Of a DNA stretch of 64,000 nucleotides, positions 8,646-18,917 are shown in pieces. Numbering within the stretch: the stretch's first letter is position 1; each line of letters begins with the position of its first letter. The stretch is from Minisyncoccota bacterium (GTDB taxonomy: Bacteria; Patescibacteriota; Minisyncoccia; Phycocordibacterales; UBA9973): positions 1,939 through 65,938 of the forward strand of contig JAGOUR010000002.1 of assembly GCA_018061145.1 (NCBI GenBank), read 5' to 3'. A program made the translations under genes and the position numbers. The notes below the pieces were generated by a model. That model did not search any database. It saw only the letters and a list, made by a program, of their open reading frames with translations, and was not told where the DNA came from.

Positions 8646-8909
8646 TTATTTATTCTTCCAGCGTGGGGCAAAGCGGATCATCCATGTATAGAACTTTGAT
8701 TCTATATATCCCATACCGTGACTGCGCATTGCTTCGTAGCAAGCTTTTTGGAAACCTTTTAGGTCATCCCCCTCGTAGGAAAATTTGCCATTGTTAAAGC
8801 AATAGCTACAATGCCTTTCATTTTCTCTCTTGTCACCCAAAGGATCCTTTGAAAAAGGCATCAGGCAACTCTCGCACGCATTACACTTTTTTGATTTATT
8901 TTCTTCCAT
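8646..8909 (-). CDS. putative zinc-ribbon domain protein
   Basis: CNACESCLMPF...HCSYCFNNGKF resembles the putative zinc ribbon Zn_ribbon_2. Confidence 0.5.
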   Translation of the reverse strand: MEENKSKKCNACESCLMPFSKDPLGDKRENERHCSYCFNNGKFSYEGDDLKGFQKACYEAMRSHGMGYIESKFYTWMIRFAPRWKNK

Positions 8910-8963
8910 ATATTTTTACACTAATATTAATATAAATAAATTATAACATTTTCATTTACCCCT

Positions 8964-9479
8964 CTAATCATTCGTCTGAGACATCAATTCCTCATATACC
9001 TTATATATAGACATAGATGTGTCTATGGGTATAGCACCCAGATCCATCATCCTATTCTCAAATTTCTCATACCCACGTAGTATCATATTTCGAGCTTCTT
9101 CGTCCTTGCCAAAACTATTGTCATTCCTACTATTGATCCTCTGAATAAGTACACTCGGATCACATCTGAGCAAAAATACTTTATCAAATTTATTCATAAA
9201 GTCTTTTTGATTGTCTGCCAAACCTACGACAAATACAGAACCCTCCCTCTCCTCTATCATTCTAAATAGTCTTTCAATATCTAGAGCAGAAGCATTATTC
9301 TTGAAAAAATCTTTATCTACACCAGGTTGTCTTTGAACAACCTCGCCAGTTTCTTTATTGACCCATCGAGATAAATCATGATCATCAATATCAATAGCTG
9401 AAATATTATTTTGAGTCAGCATTCTAGCTATTGTAGATTTTCCACTACCCGCCATTCCTGTAATATAATATTTTTTCAT
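8964..9479 (-). CDS. P-loop NTPase (AAA/kinase-like, shikimate/adenylate kinase fold)
   Basis: Walker A is ITGMAGSGKSTIA. Walker B is hydrophobic-D at VFVVGLAD. About 170 aa. Confidence 0.6.
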   Translation of the reverse strand: MKKYYITGMAGSGKSTIARMLTQNNISAIDIDDHDLSRWVNKETGEVVQRQPGVDKDFFKNNASALDIERLFRMIEEREGSVFVVGLADNQKDFMNKFDKVFLLRCDPSVLIQRINSRNDNSFGKDEEARNMILRGYEKFENRMMDLGAIPIDTSMSIYKVYEELMSQTND

Positions 9480-9572
9480 ATGTTTTTATTATATCAAATA
9501 GCACCCTCCTTTTTAAGTAAAGCAGATACTGAGTATATTCGCCTATTCGAGCGAATTAGAGAACAATAAAGA

Positions 9573-9851
9573 TTATTGGGATTGTTCAGAGAGGAGGATT
9601 TTCAGTTTTGCTGAGGGGCCGCCGCGATTATAGTGGCCGACGTTTTTGACTGTCAGGTTTTTACCCTTGCCCGCAGGCACGACACGGTGACACGGCACAT
9701 CCGGCAGGAAATTATTTTTCATAATCGTCCCCACCGCCCGCGCCCCGCGCGGGCTACCAGCACACCTTGCCACCTCGCCGTACGTCATAGTTTTTCCAGC
9801 AGGAATCTTCCGTACAACATTTAAAACCTTTTGAGTAAATGATTTTTTCAT
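9573..9851 (-). CDS. ogt: methylated-DNA-protein-cysteine methyltransferase (MGMT/Ogt DNA-binding domain type); markedly GC-rich
   Basis: TYGEVA...PCHRVV has the active-site Cys in PCHRV. Local GC content is far above its surroundings. Confidence 0.8.
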   Translation of the reverse strand: MKKSFTQKVLNVVRKIPAGKTMTYGEVARCAGSPRGARAVGTIMKNNFLPDVPCHRVVPAGKGKNLTVKNVGHYNRGGPSAKLKILLSEQSQ

Positions 9852-9883
9852 TATATTATTCCTTAAAATATAATAATAAAAAA

Positions 9884-10060
9884 TTATTTAATTTTTATTC
9901 CACAAGTTTCTAAAAATCTCTCTTTATCAAAAGTCGAACTTGTTTGAGTAAAAGCTTCTGATAGATTTATGGCGAGATCTTTAATATATTCGTTTTCACC
10001 ACTTTTTTTAAAAATTATTTTTATTTCTTTACCTATAAGTTCATAATGTTTCTTTTTCAT
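9884..10060 (-). CDS. possible small protein (58 aa) between ogt and hsdS
   Basis: An ORF I read by eye, MKKKHYELIGKEIKIIFKKSGENEYIKDLAINLSEAF.... Not in the ORF track. Confidence 0.25.
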   Translation of the reverse strand: MKKKHYELIGKEIKIIFKKSGENEYIKDLAINLSEAFTQTSSTFDKERFLETCGIKIK

Positions 10061-10071
10061 ATGTTATATTT

Positions 10072-11208
10072 CTATATTAGTTCTCCATTAAATGCTTCTC
10101 GTAAATAGGCTTTTTCTAGTTTTTTCAAATCCTCAAGTTGGGATTTTTGAAGTTCAACTGCTTGACGAACTTTTTCCGAAAGAGCATCAAGTTTGGCAAC
10201 TATTTTCTTTTGTTCAACAAGAAATGGAAGTGGAAGTTGAATTTTTTTAAGCTCCTTTACTGCGGCAATATTTTTAATTGCCATACCCTTAACATGATCT
10301 GTATTCCCAAATAGATAATCTTTGAGTGCGTATTTTAAATATTCACCTAATATTTTTTTATTTGGAGAAATTTTTAGAAGGGCTTGATTTATTATACCTT
10401 TTCTAAATTTATTTGGAATAATTATTAATTTACCAATAGTCCCTGAGCAGCTCATTAATATATCACCCGAAGAAACAGAAAATCTTCTCATCTCAACAAA
10501 TTTTTCTGGTGCAATAAAGTATCTAAAATTTTCAAGATCATTATCAATAACATTTCCTTGTTCCCAAACAGCATCTCCTTTGGGTACAAAAATTTCTTTC
10601 TTTAGAGATCCACCAAATGGTCCTCTAACAAGAGTTGCCACTTCTTCAAGATTAACAATACTGGATCTTTTTCTTTCTTCTCTAAAAATTTCACGGAGGG
10701 TCTGAGAGAGAATTTTTTCAGTGCTAGCAATAGCCTCTTCACGCAATCTCCTCGCTTCCTTAATCTTCTCCATCTTCCTATCCAACTTCGCGACAATTTC
10801 CTTTTGAGTTTTTAAAGGTGGGAGAGGGATTTCAATTCCTCTAAAAGCATCAATGTGCAAATTCCTTTGTGCTTGTCCTCTACCTAAAGAATAAATTAAG
10901 TCCTCTGAAGCAAATAAAAATTTATCAAGAAAATCCTGAGATAAAATATTGCCATCTTTAGTTGAAATAGACAAACCGGAATCATTTAGAAAAAATTTAC
11001 CTAAAACCTTACGCACGCAATTTCTAGACATAGCAAACCTAGAAACAATAGTACAATCTTCTCTATTGTATTCATTTAAAGTAAAAGTTTTTCCTCCACC
11101 TCCATATACATAAAAATCCCCAGGAATAATTCTAGACCTTACTACTCTTGTCCCATAATCTATATTACAAACTTCATTTAGTTTTTTTATTTGCCAATTA
11201 ATTTTCAT
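10072..11208 (-). CDS. hsdS: type I restriction-modification specificity subunit HsdS (two TRDs)
   Basis: The duplicated conserved spacers LPPLKTQKEIVAKLD and LPLPFLVEQKKIVAKLD sit between two variable target-recognition domains. Confidence 0.85.
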   Translation of the reverse strand: MKINWQIKKLNEVCNIDYGTRVVRSRIIPGDFYVYGGGGKTFTLNEYNREDCTIVSRFAMSRNCVRKVLGKFFLNDSGLSISTKDGNILSQDFLDKFLFASEDLIYSLGRGQAQRNLHIDAFRGIEIPLPPLKTQKEIVAKLDRKMEKIKEARRLREEAIASTEKILSQTLREIFREERKRSSIVNLEEVATLVRGPFGGSLKKEIFVPKGDAVWEQGNVIDNDLENFRYFIAPEKFVEMRRFSVSSGDILMSCSGTIGKLIIIPNKFRKGIINQALLKISPNKKILGEYLKYALKDYLFGNTDHVKGMAIKNIAAVKELKKIQLPLPFLVEQKKIVAKLDALSEKVRQAVELQKSQLEDLKKLEKAYLREAFNGELI

Positions 11209-11210
11209 AA

Positions 11211-12668
11211 TTATTTACTCGGTGAAGGATAAATTAAGCCGTCAATAATTATTAATTCTGGTGATTTAATTCCATTTTTAAAATTTTCTTCATATTTATT
11301 TTTTAAAACTTCAATATCTGTAATTGGTTTCTTTTTTGTAGCCAATTGTTTTTTAACAATTATTACAACATAAAATGAGTAACATGCTTTTTCTCCTTTC
11401 TCATATTTTTTCAGTTGCTCTTCATATCCATGCATAATATCATTAGTATTTTTCTTAAGCTCCACAAGAACTTTCTCTTTTCGACTTTTTGCAAACCAAA
11501 AATCAACTGGACCTGTACTTAATTTTGATTCTCGTGCATGGGGTATGTTTGTATAAGAACAATGCACGTCAGCTATACCATTAAAAATCATCTGAGCAAC
11601 ATCTTCTCTATGAGGTCTTTCTTTAATAGGAACATGGGTTTTTGTTCTATGGTATAGAAGATTTGAATTTCCCATATCTTCTATGTGCCTTCTAAAACTA
11701 TTAACAATATCACGGACAAGATTTGACATATCTTCGCAAGAAGATATTACTTTTTTTGTGCTATTATATTTTTTTGCATATTCCTCAATAGCGCATTTTG
11801 ATTGATAAAAACCTTTTTCATCCAAATCTGTACTGTATGATTCAACTTCTTTTTTTCTATAAATTTCAAGAAGTTTTTTAAAAGATTTTTTAAATTCTTC
11901 TATTTCATTTTTACTCAACGAACGTATATTTTTAAGTTGCTCTTGAACTACAGGAAGTATTATTCCACTAAATTCTTTTCTTAATTTATCATTATATTGG
12001 GCAGCTTCTTGAACACCATCCCAATCAGATGCTAAAGGTAGAGCAGATACATAATCAAGGGGTACAAATATAATTTGATGGTTTTTAAATGGATGAGTAG
12101 GTAAATAATATTCATTATTGTTTATTAAATATTTTTTTGTTTTTATATTTAATTTTTTACTTACATTTTGCGTAAAAATACAAAGATCATCATACAAAAT
12201 ATATGAAGATAAATCACTAATACTATCTGGGCCATATCCATCAACGAACAGAGCCATTATTTCCACAAGCTCAGGATCATCTATCCCAACTCTTATCAAC
12301 TCAGCAATAGAGAAAACTATTTTCTTTGCAATTGATCTTGGTATTGCTGGACCAGTATCAGTTTTACTGCCGTAACCAATAGAAAGACCTTTGGGCTCTT
12401 TCCCGGCTATCATACTTATTGCTTTTTCCTGAAGCTGAGGAGAGTCTTCTGAATTTTTAATAATTCTAATTAAATCAGAAAAGTACTTTTTTATTTTTTC
12501 ATTAGACTTGTCAAAAACTCCTTTTTTATTTTTCAAAAATACCAATCTTGGATCTATAAAATATGGGGTGTCCACACCCAAAGTAATATCTAAAACTCCT
12601 TCTTCTTTTAAGATTAAATGATCTATGTCCAAATAAGTACTCAGGGCGATAGTTTGTCTTGTGATCAT
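11211..12668 (-). CDS. unknown 485-aa protein embedded between hsdM and hsdS; the C-terminus carries a PD-(D/E)xK-like motif resembling YhcG/DUF1016
   Basis: It overlaps the hsdM stop and abuts the hsdS start. The C-terminus reads GPVDFWFAKSRKEKVLVELKK...HGYEEQLKKY, which follows the D-hh-F/Y ... hhh-ELK ... GQ/EQ..Y pattern. I recognise no P-loop or other motif in the N-terminal 370 aa. Confidence 0.6.
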   Translation of the reverse strand: MITRQTIALSTYLDIDHLILKEEGVLDITLGVDTPYFIDPRLVFLKNKKGVFDKSNEKIKKYFSDLIRIIKNSEDSPQLQEKAISMIAGKEPKGLSIGYGSKTDTGPAIPRSIAKKIVFSIAELIRVGIDDPELVEIMALFVDGYGPDSISDLSSYILYDDLCIFTQNVSKKLNIKTKKYLINNNEYYLPTHPFKNHQIIFVPLDYVSALPLASDWDGVQEAAQYNDKLRKEFSGIILPVVQEQLKNIRSLSKNEIEEFKKSFKKLLEIYRKKEVESYSTDLDEKGFYQSKCAIEEYAKKYNSTKKVISSCEDMSNLVRDIVNSFRRHIEDMGNSNLLYHRTKTHVPIKERPHREDVAQMIFNGIADVHCSYTNIPHARESKLSTGPVDFWFAKSRKEKVLVELKKNTNDIMHGYEEQLKKYEKGEKACYSFYVVIIVKKQLATKKKPITDIEVLKNKYEENFKNGIKSPELIIIDGLIYPSPSK

Positions 12669-14095
12669 ATATTCTTCAAAATATCACTAAAAGTATTTGT
12701 AATTTGACCTTCGAGGGACTGAATTCTTTTAATCAAATCCTTTGAACTCAATTCCTCCTCCACTTCCCCGCCCTTTGGATTCTTGAAATCAAGATTAAAA
12801 TTGCGAGATTTTATATCGGCAATAGATACTTTCCATGCATTTTCACCTGACTTTTTATTCTTGAACCACTTTGTTACTGGCTCAAATTCTGCATCTGTGA
12901 TGCCACGATTCTTTGTATATTGCTTCATTCCTGCTGGTAAAGGCATCTGATAGTACCAGACGTCCTTTGTAGGCTGACCCTTTGTGAAGAATACTAGATT
13001 AGTATTTACTCCAGCATATGGCTGGAATACTCCGGCTGGTAATCGGATGATAGTATGCAAATTACAATCTTCGAGAAGTTTTTCTTTAATGCGAGATTTT
13101 ACCCCTTCACCAAAGAGTGAGCCGTCTGGGAGGACAATACCGACTCGGCCACCAGGCTTCAATAATGCCATAAATAATACAAGAAAAAGATCAGCTGTTT
13201 CCTTTGTGCGAAAATCTGCTGGGAAGTTTGCCTCAGTGCCGTCTTTTACACTGCCACCGAATGGAGGATTCGCAATGATAACATCTACACGGTCTTTTGG
13301 ACCATATTCACGAAGTGGGTGCGAGAGCATATCACCACGCTTTATCTGCTGTGGAATTTCTACTCCATGAAGAATCATATTTGTAATAGCGAGCAAGTGC
13401 GGAAGAGGCTTCAACTCTACACCATGAATTTGGTTTTGAAGCTTAGATTCGTCTTTTTTAGTTTTGATTTCTCCACTATTGCGAATATATTCCAGTGCGC
13501 TAATGAGGAATCCGCCAGTACCACATGCGGGATCAAGAATATCTTCACCTAATTTTGGATCAAGGGTATTTACAATAAAATTCGTCAGAGGACGAGGTGT
13601 ATAGTACTCACCAGCATTGCCAGCATTCTGAAGTTGCTTGAGCAAATGTTCGTATATTTCATTGAAATGATGGCGATCATCCTTACTATTGAAATCTATC
13701 TCATTTATTTTATTCACCACTTGACGAATCAGTGTGCCAGACTTCATGTAGTTGTAGGTATCCTCAAAAACCTCTTTGACTATCATACCTCGAGGATCGT
13801 CACTGCTATTGAATTTCAGATCTTTTAGTTGCTTGAAAAGTTTATTGTTTATGAAATCTAGCATCTCATCGCCAGTGATGCCTTCGGCATTGCTCGCCCA
13901 GTTGCGCCAGCGAAGATCCTCTGGAATAGGAGAAATGTATTTTGTGTCGACAAGCTCGTATTCCTTTTCTTTGTCGTCGAAAATCTTCAGAAATAAAAGC
14001 CATACTAGCTGAGAAAGACGCTGTGCATCACCATCCACACCCGCGTCCTTGCGCATAATGTCTTGAATATTTTTAATTATAGATTGTATGGCCAT
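12665..14095 (-). CDS. hsdM: type I R-M N6-adenine DNA methyltransferase HsdM
   Basis: The AdoMet motif LDPACGTGGFL and the catalytic motif IIANPPFGG are present. Confidence 0.9.
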   Translation of the reverse strand: MAIQSIIKNIQDIMRKDAGVDGDAQRLSQLVWLLFLKIFDDKEKEYELVDTKYISPIPEDLRWRNWASNAEGITGDEMLDFINNKLFKQLKDLKFNSSDDPRGMIVKEVFEDTYNYMKSGTLIRQVVNKINEIDFNSKDDRHHFNEIYEHLLKQLQNAGNAGEYYTPRPLTNFIVNTLDPKLGEDILDPACGTGGFLISALEYIRNSGEIKTKKDESKLQNQIHGVELKPLPHLLAITNMILHGVEIPQQIKRGDMLSHPLREYGPKDRVDVIIANPPFGGSVKDGTEANFPADFRTKETADLFLVLFMALLKPGGRVGIVLPDGSLFGEGVKSRIKEKLLEDCNLHTIIRLPAGVFQPYAGVNTNLVFFTKGQPTKDVWYYQMPLPAGMKQYTKNRGITDAEFEPVTKWFKNKKSGENAWKVSIADIKSRNFNLDFKNPKGGEVEEELSSKDLIKRIQSLEGQITNTFSDILKNI

Positions 14096-14096
14096 G

Positions 14097-15269
14097 TTAT
14101 TTTTTGTTTATAAATTCAGAATCGAATATCTTATAATACTTTGTATAAATATACTTTTGACCATATTTTACATCACCCAATGGCTCTAAAATATCTAAAT
14201 CAATCAACCTTTGAATCATCTTGTATGCACCGGGTTGTGTATAATTTGTCCAGTTTTCTATATCTGCAATACCAACTATAGGCTGTTTGTATAATTGTTG
14301 CAAAACCTCAAATGTTTTGGATGCTGTTTTGACTCCAAGTGTCTGAATTTTTGCATGATCCTTTTCTCTAAGTGCAATAATCTTTTCACATGTTTCTATT
14401 GAAGACTGTGCTGTATCCACAACCCCATCTAAAAAGAAATTGAGCCACCCCTCAATATCACTCTCTTCATCATGATAACTGGCCAATTTTGAATAATAAA
14501 GTTTTTGATATTTTTTAAAATAACTTGAAAGATATAAAACAGGTAATTCCAAAAGCCCTGCCTTGTGTAAATAAAGAGTTATCAGCATTCTACCAGTACG
14601 ACCATTACCATCAGTAAATGGATGTATAGTTTCAAATTGAGCATGTAAAAGACCTGCTTTTATGAGCGCTGGAAAGTCATCTTTTGCATGAATAAATTTT
14701 TCAAGCTCATCTAATGCATTTTTCATATCAGAAACATTAGGTGGAATAAAGCTTGCATCCTTTGGAAGTCGTGTGCCAATCCAATTCTGAGAATTTCTAA
14801 ACTCTCCAGGATATGCATGCTGTGTAGATCGAGCACCTTTCATTAATTTTTCATGAATTTCTCTAATTAATCGTAATGAAAGAGGAAAATCAACAATTCG
14901 CTTCATTGCATAATTAACTGCTTTGATATAATAAACAATATCATGAACATCACTGCCGTCAACAGCTCCATACTCTGAAGAAGCACCTACCGCTACAGCA
15001 TCCTGAAATGTCGCTTGAGTACCTTCGATCTGACTAGAATAAGTAGCGTCTTTCTTAATAAACATTAATAAGAAGAAGTCTTTGTCTGGTAAAAGTTTTG
15101 TAATACCATCAAGTTTACCTAAATAATGAGATGCCTCACTTTGTTTTTTATAAAGCTTCCCAGAAAATTCAAAATCACCAGGAAAGGTGTTTGGTAAAAA
15201 TGTTTTAAGCCCATCTTTTTCTGGTCTATAAATTCCTATTGAGTATGTTTTTTTATTGTTTGTATTCAT
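14097..15269 (-). CDS. Fic/DOC family protein inside the type I R-M operon
   Basis: The Fic motif is HPFTDGNGRTGRML. A C-terminal wHTH-like region follows. Confidence 0.85.
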   Translation of the reverse strand: MNTNNKKTYSIGIYRPEKDGLKTFLPNTFPGDFEFSGKLYKKQSEASHYLGKLDGITKLLPDKDFFLLMFIKKDATYSSQIEGTQATFQDAVAVGASSEYGAVDGSDVHDIVYYIKAVNYAMKRIVDFPLSLRLIREIHEKLMKGARSTQHAYPGEFRNSQNWIGTRLPKDASFIPPNVSDMKNALDELEKFIHAKDDFPALIKAGLLHAQFETIHPFTDGNGRTGRMLITLYLHKAGLLELPVLYLSSYFKKYQKLYYSKLASYHDEESDIEGWLNFFLDGVVDTAQSSIETCEKIIALREKDHAKIQTLGVKTASKTFEVLQQLYKQPIVGIADIENWTNYTQPGAYKMIQRLIDLDILEPLGDVKYGQKYIYTKYYKIFDSEFINKK

Positions 15270-15325
15270 ATGATAGATACTAACATTTTATACCTTTTCG
15301 TTTGTATTGTCAATATACATACAAA

Positions 15326-17674
15326 CTAACATAAATAAAGGCTATTTTGTATAGTTCTAATAACTTCTAAGTATTTTTCTCTCCCACCGAAAATTTCATT
15401 TACAATCTCAACTGGTGTACCAAAATTTGTAAAAGGAGATACTTGTAAATCACCAATATCATCTATAGCGGTAATACCCGTATCTGCATATTTTTCCAAA
15501 AGAGCATCTATCACCTCTCGTGCTTTACCTTCGTATTTTGCAAAGTAATCATTCTTTCTTACATTCTCTGCGCGTTCTTTGCGGGTGAGGGGCTTCTTGC
15601 CATAAGCTATATGACAGACAAGATCAAATGGGTCCAAATTTTTACCAACTTCTTTTTCTAATTCTTCAAAAAATACACCCTGCTTTTTTAATTCTTCTAT
15701 TATTATTTCTTTTTTATCACTCTGATTCCAAGCACTCAAAAAAGAATCCAAAGATGAATATTCATTTAAAATATTTTTCTTTGAATAATCTTTCAAAGAT
15801 TCAGTGATTAATTTTCCATCTTCGCCTATATATTGAACACGCTCATTTATAACTTTTACATCAATACCATTTACATAAAATTTTGTACGAGGCTCACTAA
15901 CAATACCACCAATATTTATATTTGGCTTTGGGTAATTGATAGGTTCTGGGTCTTTAGGATCAATGGGGTCTTCAGGTGGACTCAGAGGGTCGTCACCTTT
16001 CGGTTCATAGACAACAACAGGGTCACCATCAAAATCTGGGTCAGCAAAAAGCTCTGTGACACTCCTGAAATCCATAATAGTAAAATACATTTTATTGTAA
16101 TCCTCTCGGACACGAGTACCACGACCGATTATTTGCTTGAATTCAGTCATAGATCCAATATTTTGATCAAGAACGATCAATCTACAAGTTTGAGCGTCCA
16201 CTCCTGTAGTCATGAGTTTTGAAGTGACTGCTATAACCGGATAGGGATTTTCTGGGTCAATAAAATTATCCAATTCTCTCTTACCCTCTTCATTGTCTCC
16301 GGTAATACGTACAACATATTTGCGATTTTCGGCAACCATATCAGCATTTTCATTTGCTAATGCTTGACGCATGCGAACAGCATGATCTATATCCACACAG
16401 AAAACAATCGTTTTTTGCATACGATCTGTTTCTTTCATATATTCAGTAATTTTTCTAGCTACAATTTCTGTGCGCTCGTCTATAACTAAATCACGATCAA
16501 AATCTTTTGTATTATAAACACGATCAGGAATCTCATTGCCGTATTTATCTGTCTTGCCGGCCTCTGGTCTATACCCCTCCACATCACGATCGATAATAAT
16601 TCGAATAACCTTGTACGGAGCAAGAAAACCATCATCTATACCCTGTTTTAATGAATAAGTATAAATAGGCTCTCCAAAATATGACTGAGTAGAGATATCT
16701 TTTGTTTCTTTTGGTGTAGCGGTAAGGCCGATCTGTGTAGCATTTGAATAATAATCCAAAACTTCACGCCAAGCGGAGTCGTCTTTTGCACTACCACGGT
16801 GACACTCGTCCACAATGATCAAATCAAAAAAGTCTGGAGAAAATTGTTTAAAAATATTCTTCTCCTCTTCGTTTCCAGTAATCCCCTGATATAGAGCAAG
16901 ATAAACTTCGTAAGATTTATCAACATTTCGGTTTTCTATTTTCGTCATTTTGTCTCCAAAATGCTTGAAATCATTGATCATAGTCTGGTCAGCTAATATA
17001 TTTCTATCAACAAGAAATAATATTCTTTTTTTAGATTTTGACTTCCATAAACGCCAAATAATCTGAAATGCAGTATACGTCTTACCTGTACCCGTAGCCA
17101 TCACCAAAAGAATACGCTTTTGGGCTTTTGCTACAGCTTCTACTGTTCTATTTATTGCTACTCTTTGAAAATATCTAGGAGATTTACCTTTAAGCTCCTG
17201 AAAATATTCTTCAGAAATTATATTTTCGATATTATTATCTATCCCTTTAGCTGTTTTATATCTTTCAAATAACTCCTCAGGTGACGGGAATTTATCTAAA
17301 GATATTTCTCTTTCTTTAACCCCCTCTGCCACAAATCGATCATGTTCAATAAAAGCATCCCCATTGGAACTAAAAACAAAAGGAATATCCAGAGCTTCAG
17401 CATAACCAAGACCCTGCTCCATACCAGCACCTACTCCATGATTATTGTCTTTAGCTTCAATGATAGCTATCGGTAAATCATTTTTGTAATACAAGATAAT
17501 ATCAGCACGCTTTTGATCTCCACGAGAAACAGTCTTGCCACGTACGGTAATCTTGCCGGCAGTAAAAGTAACCTGTTCACGGATTTGATGCTTTAAATCC
17601 CAACCACTATCTGTAATGGCCGGTAGTATATATTTTGAGCAAATATCTTGTTCTGTTAGTGATTTTTTGTCCAT
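15326..17674 (-). CDS. hsdR: type I restriction endonuclease R subunit HsdR
   Basis: The N-terminal PD-(D/E)xK region is ADIILYY...IAIIEAKD. The SF2 helicase motifs are VMATGTGKT and DECHRGS. Confidence 0.9.
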   Translation of the reverse strand: MDKKSLTEQDICSKYILPAITDSGWDLKHQIREQVTFTAGKITVRGKTVSRGDQKRADIILYYKNDLPIAIIEAKDNNHGVGAGMEQGLGYAEALDIPFVFSSNGDAFIEHDRFVAEGVKEREISLDKFPSPEELFERYKTAKGIDNNIENIISEEYFQELKGKSPRYFQRVAINRTVEAVAKAQKRILLVMATGTGKTYTAFQIIWRLWKSKSKKRILFLVDRNILADQTMINDFKHFGDKMTKIENRNVDKSYEVYLALYQGITGNEEEKNIFKQFSPDFFDLIIVDECHRGSAKDDSAWREVLDYYSNATQIGLTATPKETKDISTQSYFGEPIYTYSLKQGIDDGFLAPYKVIRIIIDRDVEGYRPEAGKTDKYGNEIPDRVYNTKDFDRDLVIDERTEIVARKITEYMKETDRMQKTIVFCVDIDHAVRMRQALANENADMVAENRKYVVRITGDNEEGKRELDNFIDPENPYPVIAVTSKLMTTGVDAQTCRLIVLDQNIGSMTEFKQIIGRGTRVREDYNKMYFTIMDFRSVTELFADPDFDGDPVVVYEPKGDDPLSPPEDPIDPKDPEPINYPKPNINIGGIVSEPRTKFYVNGIDVKVINERVQYIGEDGKLITESLKDYSKKNILNEYSSLDSFLSAWNQSDKKEIIIEELKKQGVFFEELEKEVGKNLDPFDLVCHIAYGKKPLTRKERAENVRKNDYFAKYEGKAREVIDALLEKYADTGITAIDDIGDLQVSPFTNFGTPVEIVNEIFGGREKYLEVIRTIQNSLYLC

Positions 17675-17751
17675 TAAATCTAATTATATGCTATAAATTC
17701 TTCTTTTACTAGGCCTTAAAATAAGTCTTTCTAACCCTAAAAATACAGAAA

Positions 17752-18411
17752 CTAAAGTAGATTTTTCTGCTGAAAGCTTAGATAACTATTTTTTGTGACT
17801 ATTATATGATCTACAATCTCCACACCGATTATTTTACCAGACTGAACAAGCCTCCTGGTCACTTCTATATCATCTGCAGATGGATTAAGCTCTCCTGATG
17901 GATGGTTGTGAGCAATAAGAATACTAGAGGCATGCAAAGTCAGAGCAGGCTCAAAAACCTCTCTAGGATGGACCAGTGATGCATTTAATGTACCAATAGA
18001 AATAATCTGACGTTCTATTAGTCTATTTTGAGTATCTAAATAAAAAGCAATAAAATGCTCTCTTTTTGTAGATCTTATATCAGAACAGAAATTCCAAACA
18101 TCCAAAGAGGAAAGTATTTCTATCTGATTTTCAGTATTCAACCTTTTGCTAAGTTCCAGAGCAGAGAGAACTTGGGATGCTTTTGCTTTACCTAGACCTT
18201 TTATTTCTAATAGATTTTTTAAGGTAATATTTCCTATTCCATCCTTCTTTACTAAGATTAAAATTCTTTTCGAAAGTTCTAATACATTCAACCCCTTAAT
18301 GCCTGAACCTAAAAGTAGAGCTAATAGCTCATAGTCCTTTAACTTATCAACACCATACTTTGCCAATTTCTCACGAGGTAAATCAACTTTTTGAAGTTGT
18401 TTTAATTTCAT
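17752..18411 (-). CDS. radC: RadC-family JAB/MPN-domain protein
   Basis: A helix-hairpin-helix-like N-terminus precedes HNHPSG, the JAMM-like motif. Confidence 0.85.
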   Translation of the reverse strand: MKLKQLQKVDLPREKLAKYGVDKLKDYELLALLLGSGIKGLNVLELSKRILILVKKDGIGNITLKNLLEIKGLGKAKASQVLSALELSKRLNTENQIEILSSLDVWNFCSDIRSTKREHFIAFYLDTQNRLIERQIISIGTLNASLVHPREVFEPALTLHASSILIAHNHPSGELNPSADDIEVTRRLVQSGKIIGVEIVDHIIVTKNSYLSFQQKNLL

Positions 18412-18429
18412 AAATAAATTATATCATAA

Positions 18430-18906
18430 TTAATTGTCAGTCAACCCCACAATATAATCAAAATGCTTTTGGGAGACGGGTTGGATTGACAGGCGGGAGC
18501 CACGGGCGCGGACCAGCATGCCCTCGAGAGCCGGGTCAATCTTGATCTCGGCTAGGGTCACAGGATTCCGGAATTTGCGAACAAAGGCCATATCTACGCA
18601 GTGCCAGATGGGCCTATCCTTTGTCGCCCTCAGATCATAGTGTTCATCCCCCTTTGCAAACTGCGTCTCGTCTGGATGCGATGCCGAGGCCACTCGGGCT
18701 ATGCCGTATACGCCAGTGGGTGCGTCAGTAGTGCCATTGGAATGGTAAAAGAGGGCCATATCGCCTACGGACATATCATTCATCATAAAATTGCGGGATT
18801 GATAATTGCGAATACCAGTCCAAGCCACCTTCTTATCCCTTTTCAGATCGTCTATCGAGTAGCAATCCCCTTCACTTTTAATTAGCCAGTATTTTTTTGT
18901 TTTCAT
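18430..18906 (-). CDS. EVE (PUA-like, DUF55) domain protein; GC-rich; start at the internal Met MKTKKYWLIK
   Basis: YWLIKSEGDCYSIDDL...VAWTGIRNYQSRNFM...GDMALFYHS is the typical EVE signature. The upstream part of the ORF-track entry overlaps tspO. Confidence 0.75.
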   Translation of the reverse strand: MKTKKYWLIKSEGDCYSIDDLKRDKKVAWTGIRNYQSRNFMMNDMSVGDMALFYHSNGTTDAPTGVYGIARVASASHPDETQFAKGDEHYDLRATKDRPIWHCVDMAFVRKFRNPVTLAEIKIDPALEGMLVRARGSRLSIQPVSQKHFDYIVGLTDN

Positions 18907-18917
18907 ATATATAATTT

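Noticed and set aside
15833-16222. 129-aa plus ORF
   Set aside because: It is internal to hsdR on the opposite strand.
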